NCBI RefSeq assembly: GCF_009914755.1
Contig: NC_060929.1
DNA length: 64,000 nt
Strand: one strand, 5' to 3'
From: the human T2T-CHM13v2.0 reference genome, Homo sapiens
Part shown: positions 63,301-64,000 of the stretch, piece after piece
Layout: each line of letters opens with the position of its first letter
Numbering within the stretch: position 1 is the stretch's first letter
The notes under the pieces: model-generated
The model's input: the letters and a program-made list of their open reading frames with translations, nothing else
What the model was told of the DNA's origin: nothing
The model's database searches: none
Position numbers and translations under genes: made by a program

Positions 63301-64000
63301 TGTAGGTTCTCCCTATTTTACATTATGGCCTGAGTAGAGATAACGCCACCTTTTCCTTGCTTCTAGCTGACACAAGGATGGAGTGTCAAAGAATTTGTAA
63401 GGTCTAAGGAGGGAAAAAATGGAAAGTAACATAGAGTTAATAAATTGCCATAAATTTAGGTAATCTAAGTTACCAGGTAAACCAAGACAGAGTCCCTTAG
63501 CCCTTTCTAATAATAGGTGGCTGCTGTCAGGAATATCTTTACATCTTCACAGAGATGCTGACTTCAACATTATGGTCCTCAGGAGGATTACTGCACCTAG
63601 CTTCATTGTCTTTTTCCATTTGAAAAGTAGATGAAGCTTTACTCTTTAAACAAATCCTACTGTAACCAATCTAATCTACATTGATTCTTTGCTCCTCTGA
63701 CTTCTTAATCTGCACAATATGTATACACTCATTTTGACATTTAATTCTAGATTCTCCTAAATAATATTGTAATTGTCTAATTTATTTCAATGAGAAATGA
63801 CAATAAGTTCTTTCTTTAAATTTCCCACACAGGACTCAGCATGTTGTAGGCATTCAGTACTCAATCACTTGAATTATATGAAATCTACATTCTCTGTGAA
63901 AAATTTACTTAAAATGTTTGAGCAAGGTTTAGCAAGAAGCTGTTCTTTCCATGTATATTAAAATTATATTATAAAAAAGCATGCTCTTTTAGAATCTAAA

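Overview
This is primate, very likely human, genomic DNA: Alu, L1PA/L1M, THE1/MST/MLT, LTR12C, MIR and L2 repeats are all recognisable. It is gene-poor and AT-rich, and I found no protein-coding exon, tRNA, rRNA or CRISPR array that I can support. The only gene-derived sequence I recognise is a minus-strand processed pseudogene of neudesin (NENF) at about 36.35-36.99 kb. It has 9-bp target-site duplications (TSDs), compensating frameshifts and a lost stop codon, and sits just downstream of a (GGAA)15 microsatellite. The rest is transposon-derived or unique non-coding sequence. I call about 29 solo or fragmentary LTRs, including a dense nested ERV1/ERVK cluster at 3.9-13.6 kb and a full-length CpG-rich LTR12C at 61.2-62.6 kb. 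There is also a ~4.5 kb L1MC carrying a twin-primed L1PA and a THE1D, a hAT transposase fossil, several Alus, and MIR/L2 remnants. Subfamily names come from my recall of consensus sequences, not from a RepeatMasker run, and boundaries of old elements are approximate. I see no convincing undescribed biological system. The best leads are regulatory hypotheses plus a few unexplained structures.
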